Positions 30,425-41,407 of a stretch of 64,000 bases of DNA are shown here, piece after piece; the stretch's first letter is position 1, and every line of letters begins with the position of its first letter. The notes under the pieces were generated by a model. The model saw only the letters and a program-made list of their open reading frames with translations, did no database searches and was not told the origin of the DNA. The DNA comes from Bacteroidales bacterium (GTDB taxonomy: Bacteria > Bacteroidota > Bacteroidia > Bacteroidales > GCA-2711565), in NCBI GenBank assembly GCA_963674935.2, contig CAXXWZ010000007.1, positions 748,710 through 812,709 on the forward strand. Reading direction: 5' to 3'. The translations under genes were made by a program, and so were the position numbers.

Positions 30425-30442
30425 AGCCCGCCGAGGCGGGCT
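30425..30442 (-). promoter_or_regulatory. GC-rich hairpin in the rplL-rpoB spacer (candidate attenuator or processing site)
   Basis: AGCCCGC-CUCG-GCGGGCU, 7 bp with a tetraloop, in an otherwise AT-rich 135-nt spacer. Followed only by a weak U-tract. Confidence 0.45.
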
Positions 30443-30545
30443 GGTTAGTAGCCTAATTTATTACCAAAATCCAGAAGCTGACTGTGATTCTACTAAATAA
30501 TTAGAAGATAGTCTTCATCTCTCCACTTAGTAAATAACAAACTAC

Positions 30546-30920
30546 TTACTTAACTTCTACCTCTGCGCCTGCTTCTTCTAACTGAGTTTTTAGAGCTTCA
30601 GCTTCATCTTTAGTAACGCCTTCTTTGATTGCTTTTGGTGCAGAATCAACTAATTCTTTAGATTCTTTTAGACCTAAGCTAGTAAGTTCTTTTACTAATT
30701 TTACAACTGCAAGTTTTGATTGTCCTGCTGCGGTAAGAATTACGTCGAATGCTGTTTGTTCTTCTGCTACTGCTTCTTCAGCTGCACCTGGTGCTGCCAC
30801 TGCAACTGCTGCTGCAGCTGGTTCAATTCCATATTCATCTTTAAGAATACCAGCTAATTCATTAACTTCTTTTACTGTTAAGTTAACCAATTGTTCTGCA
30901 AAAGCTTTTAAATCTGCCAT
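30546..30920 (-). CDS. rplL: 50S ribosomal protein L7/L12
   Basis: 124-aa ORF with a typical Ala-rich hinge and C-terminal [20 protein letters not shown]. Confidence 0.97.
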   Translation of the reverse strand: MADLKAFAEQLVNLTVKEVNELAGILKDEYGIEPAAAAVAVAAPGAAEEAVAEEQTAFDVILTAAGQSKLAVVKLVKELTSLGLKESKELVDSAPKAIKEGVTKDEAEALKTQLEEAGAEVEVK

Positions 30921-30976
30921 TTTATTTTTGTTTTTAATTGTTTTTAAAATTTAATCTTCAATATTCTAATGCCTGT

Positions 30977-31498
30977 TTATTCAGGTCTTTCTGATAATGT
31001 TTTAATTACACCGGATAAAGTTTGACCTCCAGATTGTAATGCTGAAATAACATTCTTCGCAGGAGATTGTAGTAATCCAATGATTTCGCCGATAAGTTCG
31101 TTTTTAGATTTAATATTAACTAAGAAATCTAATTGATCGTCGCCAGTATAGGTCATTTCTTCAATGTAGGCACCTTTTAAAATTGGGCGATCGCTCTTTT
31201 TTCTGAACTCTTTAATTAATTTAGCTGGTGCATTACCAGCCTCAGCAAACATTAATGAGGTAGATCCTTTTAGAACGTCGTAAAGAGGTTCTAATTCTTT
31301 GTCGGCCTTTTCCATTGCTAATTTAAGCAAGGTGTTTTTAACCATCCTCAGTTCAATGTCTCGCTTAAAACACATGCTTCGCAAAAGAGTTGTCTTTTCC
31401 GAATCTAAATCTGATATATCAGCTAAATAAATATAACTGCTGTTATTCAAATCTTGTGTTAAGGTTTCGATAAACTGATTTTTTTCTTCTCTTGTCAT
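30977..31498 (-). CDS. rplJ: 50S ribosomal protein L10
   Basis: 173-aa ORF, in the conserved position between rplA and rplL. Confidence 0.93.
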   Translation of the reverse strand: MTREEKNQFIETLTQDLNNSSYIYLADISDLDSEKTTLLRSMCFKRDIELRMVKNTLLKLAMEKADKELEPLYDVLKGSTSLMFAEAGNAPAKLIKEFRKKSDRPILKGAYIEEMTYTGDDQLDFLVNIKSKNELIGEIIGLLQSPAKNVISALQSGGQTLSGVIKTLSERPE

Positions 31499-31524
31499 AA
31501 CTAAAAATTCTATTTACCAGACAA

Positions 31525-32220
31525 TTATAAGGTTGCTGATTTGGGTTCAATTTGTACACCAGGACTCATGGTACTAGACATGAAAATGCTTTTAACATAA
31601 GTTCCTTTTGCCGATGTTGGTTTTAATTTGATAATGGTGCTAATAAATTCTTTTGAATTATCAATCAATTGCTCAGGTGAAAAAGAAACTTTTCCAATGG
31701 CGGCATGAATAATACCAAATTTATCAACTTTAAAATCAATTTTACCAGCTTTAACTTCAGTAACTGCTTTTCCAACATCCATTGTTACAGTACCAGTTTT
31801 AGGGTTTGGCATAAGTCCTCTTGGTCCTAAAATCCGACCTAGAGCACCAACCTTTGCCATTACGCTAGGCATGGTAATTACTACATCAATATCAGTCCAT
31901 CCACCTTTAATTTTGGCGACGTACTCATCAAGACCATAATAATCAGCTCCAGCAGCTTTAGCTTCTTCCTCCTTATCAGGTGTACAAAGCACCAAAACGC
32001 GAATTTCTTTACCAGTACCGTGAGGCAAGGTAACGGTTCCTCTAACCATTTGGTTTGCTTTTCTAGGATCTACTCCAAGGCGAACATCAATATCCACAGA
32101 TGCATCAAATTTTGTAAAGGTCATTTCCTTAACTAATTCGATAGCTTTATCTAAAGAATAGATTTCATCCTTTTCGTATTTCGCTAAAGCTTCTTTTTTA
32201 TTTTTTGTAAGTTTAGTCAT
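31525..32220 (-). CDS. rplA: 50S ribosomal protein L1
   Basis: 231-aa ORF with L1 signature regions ([27 protein letters not shown]). Confidence 0.96.
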   Translation of the reverse strand: MTKLTKNKKEALAKYEKDEIYSLDKAIELVKEMTFTKFDASVDIDVRLGVDPRKANQMVRGTVTLPHGTGKEIRVLVLCTPDKEEEAKAAGADYYGLDEYVAKIKGGWTDIDVVITMPSVMAKVGALGRILGPRGLMPNPKTGTVTMDVGKAVTEVKAGKIDFKVDKFGIIHAAIGKVSFSPEQLIDNSKEFISTIIKLKPTSAKGTYVKSIFMSSTMSPGVQIEPKSATL

Positions 32221-32270
32221 TTGCTAATCTCTTAAATAATTATTGACTAATAATCTAAATGCAACTGCAC

Positions 32271-32717
32271 TTAGTTTTTAGCAAAAGGTGCTTGTCCTTT
32301 TATTTTAACACCCATACTACGTGCAGTACCTGCTACCATTTTCATTGCCGATTCAACTGTAAAAGCATTCATGTCAACCATTTTTCCTTCTGCAATTGCT
32401 GTTACCTGATCCCAGGTAATTGTTGCAACTTTAGTGATGTTTGATTCGGGTGAACCCTTTTTAATTTTAGCGGCCTCCATAATCTGTACTGCTACAGGAG
32501 GTGTTTTTATAATAAAATCAAAGGATTTGTCTTTATACACCGTAATAATAACAGGGATGACTTTGCCAGCCTGATCTTGAGTACGGGCATTAAACTGCTT
32601 GCAAAACTCCATAATGTTCACACCTTTCGCTCCTAATGCAGGACCTACTGGAGGTGAAGGATTTGCACTACCACCTTTAATCTGTAGTTTAATTAATCCA
32701 CTAACTTCTTTTGCCAT
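32271..32717 (-). CDS. rplK: 50S ribosomal protein L11
   Basis: 148-aa ORF containing [22 protein letters not shown]. Confidence 0.97.
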   Translation of the reverse strand: MAKEVSGLIKLQIKGGSANPSPPVGPALGAKGVNIMEFCKQFNARTQDQAGKVIPVIITVYKDKSFDFIIKTPPVAVQIMEAAKIKKGSPESNITKVATITWDQVTAIAEGKMVDMNAFTVESAMKMVAGTARSMGVKIKGQAPFAKN

Positions 32718-32765
32718 TTTGTTTTAAACTTATTGAGTTTATAATTGGGCTGAAATTTAATAATA

Positions 32766-33308
32766 TTATTCCTTTTCAACTTGCATAAAGCCAAGTTCTA
32801 GGGGTGTTTTTCTTCCGAAAATCTTCACCATCACTTTTAACTTTTTCTTTTCCTCATTGATCTCTTCAATGATTCCGCTAAAACTGTTGAAAGGGCCATC
32901 AATAACAGTAACCGCTTCACCAACAATATAAGGAACATTAAATTCCTCACCTTGTTCAGCTAACTCATCCACTTTTCCAAGTATTCTATTAACTTCGGAT
33001 TGGCGGATTGGGTCTGGTTCTCCTTTAGTTCCTAAAAATCCCAACACATTTGGTATACTTTTAACAATGTGAGGTACTTCTCCAACTAATACAGCTTCGA
33101 TTAGGACGTAACCAGGAAAATAGTTTCTTTCTTTGCTGATCTTTTTTCCCTTCCTAACCTGATAAACTTTTTCAGTAGGAATTAGTATTTGCGATATGTA
33201 ATCACCTAGGTTTAAACGACTAATTTCACTTTCAAGGTATTCTTTTACCTTTTTTTCTTTGCCGCTTATCGCCCGAACAACATACCATTTTTTAACTTGT
33301 TCGCTCAT
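32766..33308 (-). CDS. nusG: transcription termination/antitermination factor NusG
   Basis: 180-aa ORF with NGN and KOW domains ([14 protein letters not shown] ... [18 protein letters not shown]). Confidence 0.95.
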   Translation of the reverse strand: MSEQVKKWYVVRAISGKEKKVKEYLESEISRLNLGDYISQILIPTEKVYQVRKGKKISKERNYFPGYVLIEAVLVGEVPHIVKSIPNVLGFLGTKGEPDPIRQSEVNRILGKVDELAEQGEEFNVPYIVGEAVTVIDGPFNSFSGIIEEINEEKKKLKVMVKIFGRKTPLELGFMQVEKE

Positions 33309-33366
33309 ACCAATTCTGGAATTATTATTGATTTATTATCAAATAAAATATTAGATGCAACAATGA

Positions 33367-33564
33367 TTAGAATAGACTATAAAAAGTTTCTAATATTGTT
33401 TGAAATGAGATATCCATCAAATAAATAACAAATGCTATTATAAGGGAAGCAATGGATACAACAATTGCGCTATTCTGCAATTCACTCCAAGTTGGCCAAG
33501 ATACCTTATGAATTAGTTCATCGTAGCTATCTTTAACGTAATTGAATTTTAATAATTTAGCCAT
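33367..33564 (-). CDS. secE: preprotein translocase subunit SecE
   Basis: 65-aa single-TM ORF (ELIHKVSWPTWSEL) between tRNA-Trp and nusG. Confidence 0.9.
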   Translation of the reverse strand: MAKLLKFNYVKDSYDELIHKVSWPTWSELQNSAIVVSIASLIIAFVIYLMDISFQTILETFYSLF

Positions 33565-33579
33565 TATCTAATATTTTTG

Positions 33580-33652
33580 CACGGGTGGTAGGATTTGAAC
33601 CCACAACCAATGGTTTTGGAGACCACTACTCTACCAATTGAGCTACACCCGT
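33580..33652 (-). tRNA. tRNA-Trp (CCA)
   Basis: Hand-folded cloverleaf. Acceptor ACGGGUG/CACCCGU, anticodon arm GUGGU-CUCCAAA-ACCAU, T-loop GUGGG-UUCAAAU-CCUAC. Confidence 0.9.
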
Positions 33653-33733
33653 TTATTTAAACATTGCTTATATGGCAAACAAAGGTACCCGCAAAAGCGG
33701 AATACCTTTATCGGTCATAAAGTTTTATATTTT

Positions 33734-34922
33734 TTATTCAATAATTTCAGTTACCTGACCAGCACCTACTGTTCTACCACCTTCACGGATAGCAAAACGA
33801 AGTCCTTTATCCATGGCAATTTCTGCAATTAGCTCAACAATAATCGTTAAGTTATCACCAGGCATAACCATTTCAACTCCTTCAGGAAGCATGATTTCAC
33901 CAGTAACGTCAGTGGTTCTGAAATAGAATTGTGGACGATATCTGTTATGGAATGGAGTATGACGTCCACCTTCTTCTTTCTTTAGGATATAAACCTCAGC
34001 TTTGAAATGTTTGTGAGGAGTTACAGTTCCGGTTTTGGCAATTACCATACCTCTTGTAATCTCATCTTTATCAATCCCTCTTAAAAGTAAACCGGCATTG
34101 TCACCAGCTTCACCTCTATCAAGAATTTTTCTGAACATCTCAACACCAGTAACAACTGATTTTAGTTTTTCAGCACCCATACCAATAATATCAACTGGAT
34201 CACCAGTGTTAATAACACCAGCTTCAATTCTACCAGTTGCAACTGTACCACGACCAGTAATTGAGAATACATCCTCAACAGGCATTAGGAATGGTTTGTC
34301 AACATCTCTTGGAGGCAATGGAATCCATGTATCACAAGCTTCCATTAGTTCAATAACTTTCTCAACCCATTTTTCTTCACCGTTCAATGCACCTAATGCA
34401 GAACCTTGAATAACAGGAGTATTGTCACCATCAAATTTATAAAAAGTTAATAGATCTCTGATTTCCATATCAACAAGTTCTAATAGCTCTTCATCGTCAA
34501 CCATGTCAACTTTATTCATGAAAACAACCAATTTAGGTACACCAACCTGGCGAGCTAAAAGGATATGTTCACGGGTTTGAGGCATTGGACCGTCAGTTGC
34601 GGCAACAACAAGGATAGCACCATCCATTTGGGCAGCACCAGTAACCATGTTCTTAACGTAATCCGCGTGACCAGGACAGTCAACGTGGGCATAATGTCTG
34701 TTTTCAGTAGCATACTCAACGTGAGCAGTATTGATAGTGATTCCTCTTTCTCTTTCCTCAGGGGGCATTATCAATTGAATCAAAAGATGCAAATTCTGCC
34801 AATCCTTTAGATTGTAGATTAAGTGTAATCGCAGCAGTTAACGTAGTTTTACCGTGGTCAACGTGACCAATGGTTCCAATGTTAACATGCGGTTTCGCGC
34901 GATCAAATTTTTCTTTGGCCAT
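33734..34922 (-). CDS. tuf: elongation factor Tu; N-terminal 43 codons out of frame because of a 5-nt G/C run (34761-34765)
   Basis: 352-aa ORF 33734..34792 is EF-Tu from ...[13 protein letters not shown] onward. ATG 34920-34922 reads [54 protein letters not shown] and then hits a stop. Removing one C from CCCCC restores ...[12 protein letters not shown] (1189 nt = 3n+1). Confidence 0.95.
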
Positions 34923-34983
34923 AACAAGAATGTTTAAATTATGTTTCTAATAAATGATTTAATATTTAAGTTTTCGATTGAGA

Positions 34984-35055
<72 letters not shown>

Positions 35056-35059
35056 TTGA

Positions 35060-35131
35060 GCGGGAGACGGGGCTCGAACCCGCCACCTAAAGCTTGGAAG
35101 GCTTTCGCTCTACCAAATGAGCTACTCCCGC
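35060..35131 (-). tRNA. tRNA-Gly (TCC)
   Basis: Hand-folded. Acceptor GCGGGAG/CUCCCGC, anticodon arm AAAGC-CUUCCAA-GCUUU. Confidence 0.9.
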
Positions 35132-35184
35132 ACTTTTTGAAAAGCGTTAAAACCGATTAATGCTCTTTGTCATTAAAATTGTTG

Positions 35185-35266
35185 TGGGGAGAGGAGGATT
35201 CGAACCTCCGAAGGCTGCGCCAACAGATTTACAGTCTGCCCCATTTGACCGCTCTGGAATCTCCCC
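35185..35266 (-). tRNA. tRNA-Tyr (GTA)
   Basis: Hand-folded. Acceptor GGGGAGA/UCUCCCC, anticodon loop CUGUAAA, long variable arm typical of bacterial tRNA-Tyr. Confidence 0.9.
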
Positions 35267-35284
35267 ATCAATTTCTTTGATCTG

Positions 35285-35357
35285 AGCCGATAGACGGACT
35301 CGAACCGCCGACCGGCTGATTACAAATCAGCTGCTCTACCAACTGAGCTATATCGGC
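35285..35357 (-). tRNA. tRNA-Thr (TGT)
   Basis: Hand-folded. Acceptor GCCGAUA/UAUCGGC, anticodon arm GCUGA-UUUGUAA-UCAGC. Confidence 0.9.
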
Positions 35358-35459
35358 TTTTATTTTTTAAATAAAATTATTAAGATATTCGTTTACAGGC
35401 AACTAAAAATTACTTGTTCAATTATCTCAATATTAGCATATTAATCGATGCTCATTAAA

Positions 35460-35491
35460 CAAAAAACAGACCTCTTCTCAAAAAGGTCTGC
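35460..35491 (-). terminator. rho-independent terminator after hpf
   Basis: Minus strand CAGACC-(12-nt loop)-GGUCUG followed by UUUUUUG. Confidence 0.55.
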
Positions 35492-35555
35492 AAAAATACA
35501 TATTAAAAATTAATAAACAAAGAATTTGTATAATTTTTGTACAAGTTTTTAGAAA

Positions 35556-35855
35556 TTATTTTTTGAACTTTTCTTTATGCTTATTTAATTGTTTTTTTAG
35601 TGCGTCAATTGCCATATCCGTTGCCTCCTCAAAACTTTTACTTTGCTTTTTTAGCAAACAGATCACTACCCTTGACTATCAGCCTAATTTCTATTACTTT
35701 GTTGTCAGGAATAACTCCATTTGCTAGTTTTAAAAGTAACGTCACTACCAATTAAATCATTATATACAATTGCTAGTTTTCTGAAGTTTGTCGGTTATAA
35801 ATAAATCCAACTTTGTGTCTGTCTTAAAATGTACTGAATTGATGTTAATCTTCAT
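35556..35855 (-). pseudogene. hpf: ribosome hibernation/ribosome-associated inhibitor protein (HPF/RaiA), three +1 frameshifts at A-runs as assembled
   Basis: Own translation: MKININSVHFKTDTKLDLFITDKLQK | LAIVYNDLIGSDVTFK | LANGVIPDNKVIEIRLIVKGSDLFAKK | QSKSFEEATDMAIDALKKQLNKHKEKFKK*. The four pieces join into a typical ~98-aa short HPF if one A is removed at each junction. Confidence 0.75.
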
Positions 35856-35871
35856 AATTCATCTCCTTTCA

Positions 35872-36750
35872 TTAAGCCTTTGGGTGGGCTTGGTTATAAA
35901 CTGATTTTAATTTTTCGATCGTATTGTGAGTATAAACCTGCGTAGCAGATAAGTTCGCATGACCGAGAATTTCTTTGATTGCATTTAGGTCGGCTCCACT
36001 GTTGAGCATGTGAGTAGCAAAAGTATGTCGCAAGATATGTGGACTTTTCTTATTAATAGTAGTAACCTTACTAAGGTACGATTTTTACAAGTCGATAAAC
36101 AAATTTATCATAAAGTTTATCACCCTTATTAGTAACGAAAATAAAGTTACTTTTAGTATGTTCAGAATTAATTAATTGAACAAAATTAGATATCGTTTGG
36201 CTCAAATCTGAAGTAAGCGGTACAAATCTTTCTTTATTTCTTTTGCCTAATATTTTTATAGTTTTTGTCGTGAAGTTTATATCTGAAACTTTAATGTTAA
36301 TAAGTTCATTAAGTCTTATTCCTGTTGAATAAAATAATTCGATAATTAATTTATCCCGCATTGCATTGATGCCCTCTCCAAAATCAATTTCATCAACAAT
36401 AAATCCATTGAATCTTGCTCCAATAAAAACAGGAAGATGTTTTGATGACCTTGGTGGTAGGATTTTTTGCATGGGATCCAGATTAATTAACCCTTCCCTT
36501 AATAAGAATTTGAAATAGCTCTTTAAAGTTGAAAGTTTACGGTTAACGGAACGGCTGGAAATAGATTTTTTCAATGTGATATACAATCCATGATCTGATA
36601 ATTTGATGATCAATTTTGGAAACTTCTTTAATGTCATAATACTCATCAAGGTAGAGATAAAAACTGACTTAAGTCGGTTTTATAGGCTACTATTGTATGA
36701 TCAGAGAATCGCTTCTCAACCTGTATATATTGTATAAATTTTTCTGTCAA
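35872..36750 (-). pseudogene. Xer-like tyrosine recombinase, multiple frameshifts as assembled
   Basis: 192-aa ORF 36071..36649 contains the core (...RDKLIIELFYSTGIRLNELINIKVSDI...ILGKRNKERFVPL). The C-terminal catalytic part ...[40 protein letters not shown]... is in another frame (35872-36070). The N-terminus (TTG 36748-36750) LTEKFIQYIQVEKRFSDHTIVAYKTDLSQF is in a third. Junctions fall at A/T runs. Confidence 0.75.
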
Positions 36751-36843
36751 TATCTAAAAAAAAAGAAGAAACACTTATCTCAAAGTTACAAATTAATAAC
36801 CCTGAAACAAAGATTTCTTCTTTATTTATTCTTGCTCGAAAGT

Positions 36844-37039
36844 TTAGTTTTCTTCGTTTTGCCTTAATTGCTGAATATAAATAGCTTTTAATTTCTGCTC
36901 TCTATTTACAATTGATGGCTTGGTGAATTTTTGACGTTCACGCAACTCTTTAACAACACCGGGTTTTTTCAAATTTACGTTTGTATTTTTTTAAAACCCT
37001 ATCGATGTTTTCGCCTTCTTTTACAGGAATAATAATCAT
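36844..37039 (-). pseudogene. rpsU: 30S ribosomal protein S21, single +1 frameshift as assembled
   Basis: Own translation: MIIIPVKEGENIDRVLKKYKRKFEKT then out of frame. Removing 1 nt at the AAAAAACCC run gives ...GVVKELRERQKFTKPSIVNREQKLKAIYIQQLRQNEEN* (196 nt = 3n+1). Confidence 0.8.
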
Positions 37040-37169
37040 TTTTTACCTCTTTCTTTTAAAAATTAATTTTTTTTTCGGAGTGCAAAAATAGAACTTAGTT
37101 TTATATTAAACAAATACAATGTTATAAATGATGCATTTTAACTTGTTTTTTTATATTTTTGCCACAAAT

Positions 37170-37245
37170 GGGGCTTTAGCTCAGTTGGTTTTAGAGCGCA
37201 TGCTTGACAGGCATGAGGTCAGCAGTTCGAATCTGCTAAGCCCCA
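37170..37245 (+). tRNA. tRNA-Val (GAC)
   Basis: Hand-folded. Acceptor GGGGCUU/AAGCCCC, anticodon arm CAUGC-UUGACAG-GCAUG, T-arm AGCAG-UUCGAAU-CUGCU. The D-loop is long (AGUUGGUUUUA), possibly carrying extra T from the same homopolymer problem. Confidence 0.8.
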
Positions 37246-37562
37246 CAACCCCCAATTAATAGTTTGAGATTAATTATATTGAGTTTCAGAAAGTAGGATG
37301 TCAGCACAAAGTCGAGAGAGTCAACAGCTTAAAAATATTTAATTTCCGAAAGTAACCTTTCATTCACAAAATTGAAAATAATTTTGGATTTAGCGGAATC
37401 CGAATCGCATATTCCCCCCTCTAGTTATAGGCTTTTTTTAGAGTGATAAATTTTAACAAAAAATCTTGGTCTTTAAAAGCTTTGTATGTACGTTTTACTG
37501 GTGTTAAACATAGCAAATTGGTTCCTGTTTTAGAATATCATTGAAATGTTTTTAATTTAGAC

Positions 37563-39441
37563 TTATAATACTTTCCTTAATTTAGAAACAATTGCAAGAG
37601 CTTCGATCGCTTGGTCGTAATCCGGTTTTAATTGGATTGCTTTTGTAAAGTCTGCGAATGCAAGATTGAATTTTCTTAACTTCATATAAGCAAAGCCTCT
37701 ATTGTAATATGCGCTTGCATTTTTTAGAGGTTAGTTTTAGGCACTTATTCAAATCAGAAATTGCAAGTTCGTAATTCCCAACGATTATATTGATGAATCC
37801 CATGTTTAAAAAAACATTTTCATCGCCTCCATTAATGTTAATGATTCTATAGTAGTCTTGAACGGCTAATGCATATTGTTCTATTTCTGTATATGCTTTA
37901 GCTCTGTTTTTTAGAAACTTAGGATTTTCATTAATAATGATTGCGGAATCATAGTATTTAATTGCTTTGTCAAATTCTTTTCGTTTAGAAAAGATGAGCC
38001 CTATATTGTAATAAGTTAAATCGTAATCAGGGTTAATTTTTAGAGATTTTTTGTAATCAGTTATTGCCTTTTCTTCCTCATTGTTTTCAGAATACCAAAT
38101 ACCTCTGTTGAGCAAAGCTCGGTATTCCTTTTGGGTTAGATTTAAGTGTATGGTTCCATAAGGTAAAGTTATTTTTCCAGACAGGAACTTGTTGAATTGT
38201 TAATACGGTAAGACCCGATATAATAATTGAAGAGTAAATGAGAATAAATTTTTTTCTGATTTTTACTTTTTCCAGAACAGCAGATATTGTTAGTGCAATG
38301 CCAAACATAGATACATATATATATCTATCGGCCACATTTGACCACAATTGAAAATCAAATTGGATTAAGCCAGATACTGTTATGAATCCAAATAAAAATA
38401 TAATTGCACCAACGAGAATTAATCCCAGTTTTTGTCTGTACTTTAACGGAAATACCTGTAATTCCTATTAGGAAAATCCCAGGAAGTATAAAACCACCAA
38501 GAGCTTGATATGTATTCAGTTGTGCGCCCATAAACCAGCTAGGAGTTTAACTGGTAAAACACATTTTTTTTATGTAAAATAGTATGCTGTCAGAAAATAC
38601 TAGAGGTCTGACCCAGATCGGGTAAGCTTCGTTTGACTCACCTCCCTGAGCTGAAGTCGTTAAAATTATAATTGCCAGTACTGGTATCATAAAAGGAATT
38701 ATTCTTTTTATTAGGGATAATATTGGCGGGCGGTACAAATAATATTCTAAAATGACAGCGAATAAAATAATAACTATAATTGAAGGTTTGCTTAGTATGG
38801 CTAAAACAAAGAATAATAAACCATTAAATAAAATATAGATTTGATGATTTTTTTTTGCTGTTTAACATACTTAAAATCACAACTTTTTAAGTAAAGGTAA
38901 AGTGCTATAAAACCGAAGCTAAAAGACAATAGGCCACGAAATTCAGAGACCCATGCAACAGTTTCAACTTGTATGGGATGAAGAAGAAAAAAAAAGTGTT
39001 CCAATCAACGCATACCATTTGTTTTTAATAAAATGATGTAATAAAGTAAAAAACCAATATTCCGTTAATGGAGTGTAATAAAACATTGATAAGATGAAAT
39101 ACCATGGAGTAGTTTGCTTCTAATCCCACTAATAAACATAATTCCATAATACCACCCCAAAGCGTATAACTTACCGGAATGTATAAGCCCCAAAAAATTT
39201 CTGTCCAGAAATGAGATAAGTTTTCAAGGTTATTCGGATCGAAATATTTGTTATTAATGGTATGGATAACATCATCCCAAACAAGCTCAAAGTTTGCTGT
39301 TTGCCCATAAATTAACAATGGGATAATACCCAATATCAATAAAATTACCCCATATTGATTAGTTTGGAATAATTTCGAAAATGAAAAGAAAGGTGTATTA
39401 TTTGATTCTTGGATTTTGATGGCTCTATCTTTTTCTAACAA
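37563..39441 (-). pseudogene. polytopic membrane protein with C-terminal TPR repeats (TMTC/PMT_2-like glycosyltransferase family), fragmented by >=5 frameshifts
   Basis: Consecutive same-strand fragments 39025..39441, 38801..39004, 38547..38738, 38087..38347 and 37699..38115, plus a tail to the TAA at 37563-37565. N-terminal pieces are TM-rich. C-terminal pieces are TPR (YYNIGLIFSKRKEFDKAIKYYDSAIIINENP..., ...YYNRGFAYMKLRKFNLAFADFTKAIQLKPDY in a shifted frame). Junctions checked near 39000-39030 are extra T in T-runs. Confidence 0.65.
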
Positions 39442-39829
39442 ACACTTAATTTTTTAATGAATTTTATCCAAATTTAATTTGAAGACCCCGATGTTATTAA
39501 TCTCTTATCAAAAAATCAAATATATGTAAAATGGGTGTAAGTGGGAGCAATTAGAACAAACTATTTTAATCAAATATTTATCATGAATTTAACAAGCGAT
39601 CTGAAGTCGCAATTGTTTATGTGATGCATTTTGGCTAAATATTATTTAGACTTAACTAATACAATTATGATTTGACAATTATTGAGTATAGTCTTTTTTA
39701 ATTCTACCGAAACAATTTATTTAATTAAACGTATGATACAGCTATTAAAAGGTGAATACAAATTAATGAAAAAGTTGGGTTACCTTTTGATGAAATAACA
39801 GATTAACTAGATATAAGACTAAAAATATT

Positions 39830-40951
39830 GTGAAGCTCCTCAAACTAAAATACCTATTCATTGCAATGCTTATTTTTGGAAGCCTTATGGCATGTGCGCA
39901 AGATCCAAATTACTCTCAGTTTACTCATAATCCTCTTTTTTACAACCCAGCTTACACTGGTATTTCGAGTGGAATGACCATGCGTTTTAATTATCGTAAA
40001 CAATACCCAAATCTACCTGGTGACTTTAGAACTTATAATTTTAATATCGATTTGGCTGCCCATACTGTTGCGGGGTCTGGTGGACTTGGTCTCATGCTAG
40101 ATAAGCATACTGCAGGCTCAGGTTATTATGAAAGAACCAGAGTAGGTCTTCCGTTAGCGGTGAGGGTTCCTCTGTATTCAAATATGTTAGTTCAGTTGGG
40201 TGTCATGACTTCTTTTGTTCAAAAAAGTTTGAATTGGGACAATTTAATTTTTGTAGATCAGCTTGATCCAAGGTTTGGGAATGTAAATCCGTCTGATTTT
40301 GTTTCACCTGTTAAAAATAAAGTAACCTATCCGGATTTTGATATCGGATTAGCATTCAGGCTCATTGAATCAACCTGGAGTGGTAAGCAAATGATCGCAA
40401 CTGCAGGAGTTGCAGTTCACCATGTGTTTACACCCAATGAATCTTTTTTTGATTATGAATCCCCCCTTGCCAGAAAACTTGTGGTAACCGGAGATTTTAT
40501 TCTTCAGAATGATGACTATGAACGTGTAATTACAAGTTATGCTAATAGGGGTAGTGCTGGATTTAGATTTAATCCAGGTTTTATTTTTCAAAAGCAAGCA
40601 GCATTTAAGTCTTTCGCTATGGGCATGAATGTTTACAAATCAAATATTTATGCAGGTTTCTGGTATCGAAATGAGACATTTGATTTACTGAAGTCAAATG
40701 CTTTGGTTTTAATGCTTGGTATTAATGCCAAAATTAATGAAGAAAGCCGATTAAAAGTCCTTTATAGTTATGACGTACTTCTTAATGAAAGCCTTTACAG
40801 AGCTGCTGGAGGAACACATGAAATAACTCTTATTTTTACTTTAGATTCATTTGCCGCTTTAAGCGGAAGAAGCGGCGGAACTTTTGGTAGAAATAGGCTT
40901 GGAATCAACAGGTCTAATCGTTTCAGTGAGTTGAATTGTTCTCCTTTCTAA
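39830..40951 (+). CDS. type IX secretion system membrane protein PorP/SprF family (GTG start)
   Basis: 373-aa ORF. Signal peptide followed by AQDPNYSQFTHNPLFYNPAYTG, the characteristic PorP/SprF N-terminus. Confidence 0.85.
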   Translation: MKLLKLKYLFIAMLIFGSLMACAQDPNYSQFTHNPLFYNPAYTGISSGMTMRFNYRKQYPNLPGDFRTYNFNIDLAAHTVAGSGGLGLMLDKHTAGSGYYERTRVGLPLAVRVPLYSNMLVQLGVMTSFVQKSLNWDNLIFVDQLDPRFGNVNPSDFVSPVKNKVTYPDFDIGLAFRLIESTWSGKQMIATAGVAVHHVFTPNESFFDYESPLARKLVVTGDFILQNDDYERVITSYANRGSAGFRFNPGFIFQKQAAFKSFAMGMNVYKSNIYAGFWYRNETFDLLKSNALVLMLGINAKINEESRLKVLYSYDVLLNESLYRAAGGTHEITLIFTLDSFAALSGRSGGTFGRNRLGINRSNRFSELNCSPF

Positions 40952-41405
40952 AAAATAATATAAAAGCTATTTTAAAATATTGAATACTTGAGAGCATCAG
41001 TGCGAGCCCAATTCCGGTATATATTATCGATAAATAATTTTTAGGAATAGGGGAGAGTCTGAGAGAAATTCCAAACCCAATCATGATTATAACAAGGACA
41101 TAGCTTTTCCACGACATAAACGAAAAAATGCAGGGGCGACTCGGCATCAGATCTATCCTTTTTAAATTCTTATTTGCGACTCTACTAAACCCAAATCGGT
41201 GAATTATTAGAGAAAGTGCAATTCCTGAGCCAATTAATATAAAATGTTTAACTTGAAAATCTGGACTCAACCAAGAATAAACATAGGTGTTTAGGAAAAT
41301 ACCCACGCCAAACCACATGAGCCCGGATATGGCCAGCAAAATATACTTAGGAGCTGCGGGTTTTAAGGTTTGCTTTAACGGTCTGGTTTTAGGCTTCTGC
41401 TTCAT
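40923..41405 (-). CDS. small integral membrane protein, last gene of the hemN/PPO operon
   Basis: 160-aa ORF with about 4 predicted TM helices. Starts 2 nt after the PPO stop. Its 3' end overlaps the convergent porP/sprF gene by 29 nt. Confidence 0.5.
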   Translation of the reverse strand: MKQKPKTRPLKQTLKPAAPKYILLAISGLMWFGVGIFLNTYVYSWLSPDFQVKHFILIGSGIALSLIIHRFGFSRVANKNLKRIDLMPSRPCIFSFMSWKSYVLVIIMIGFGISLRLSPIPKNYLSIIYTGIGLALMLSSIQYFKIAFILFFRKENNSTH

Positions 41406-41407
41406 AT

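Noticed and set aside
34761-34765. Programmed ribosomal frameshift or transcriptional-slippage site in tuf.
   Set aside because: There is no slippery heptamer or stimulatory structure. The same type of 1-nt homopolymer insertion recurs in many neighbouring unrelated genes. A consensus error is far more likely.
37246-39441. Integrated mobile element or genomic island downstream of tRNA-Val.
   Set aside because: There is no integrase, no repeat of the tRNA 3' end, and no cargo genes. The region is a single fragmented TPR/membrane-protein gene.
38087-39441. Five separate small membrane/TPR ORFs as distinct genes.
   Set aside because: They are collinear on one strand and abut each other, and together they reconstruct one TMTC-like protein once 1-nt corrections are made at homopolymers.
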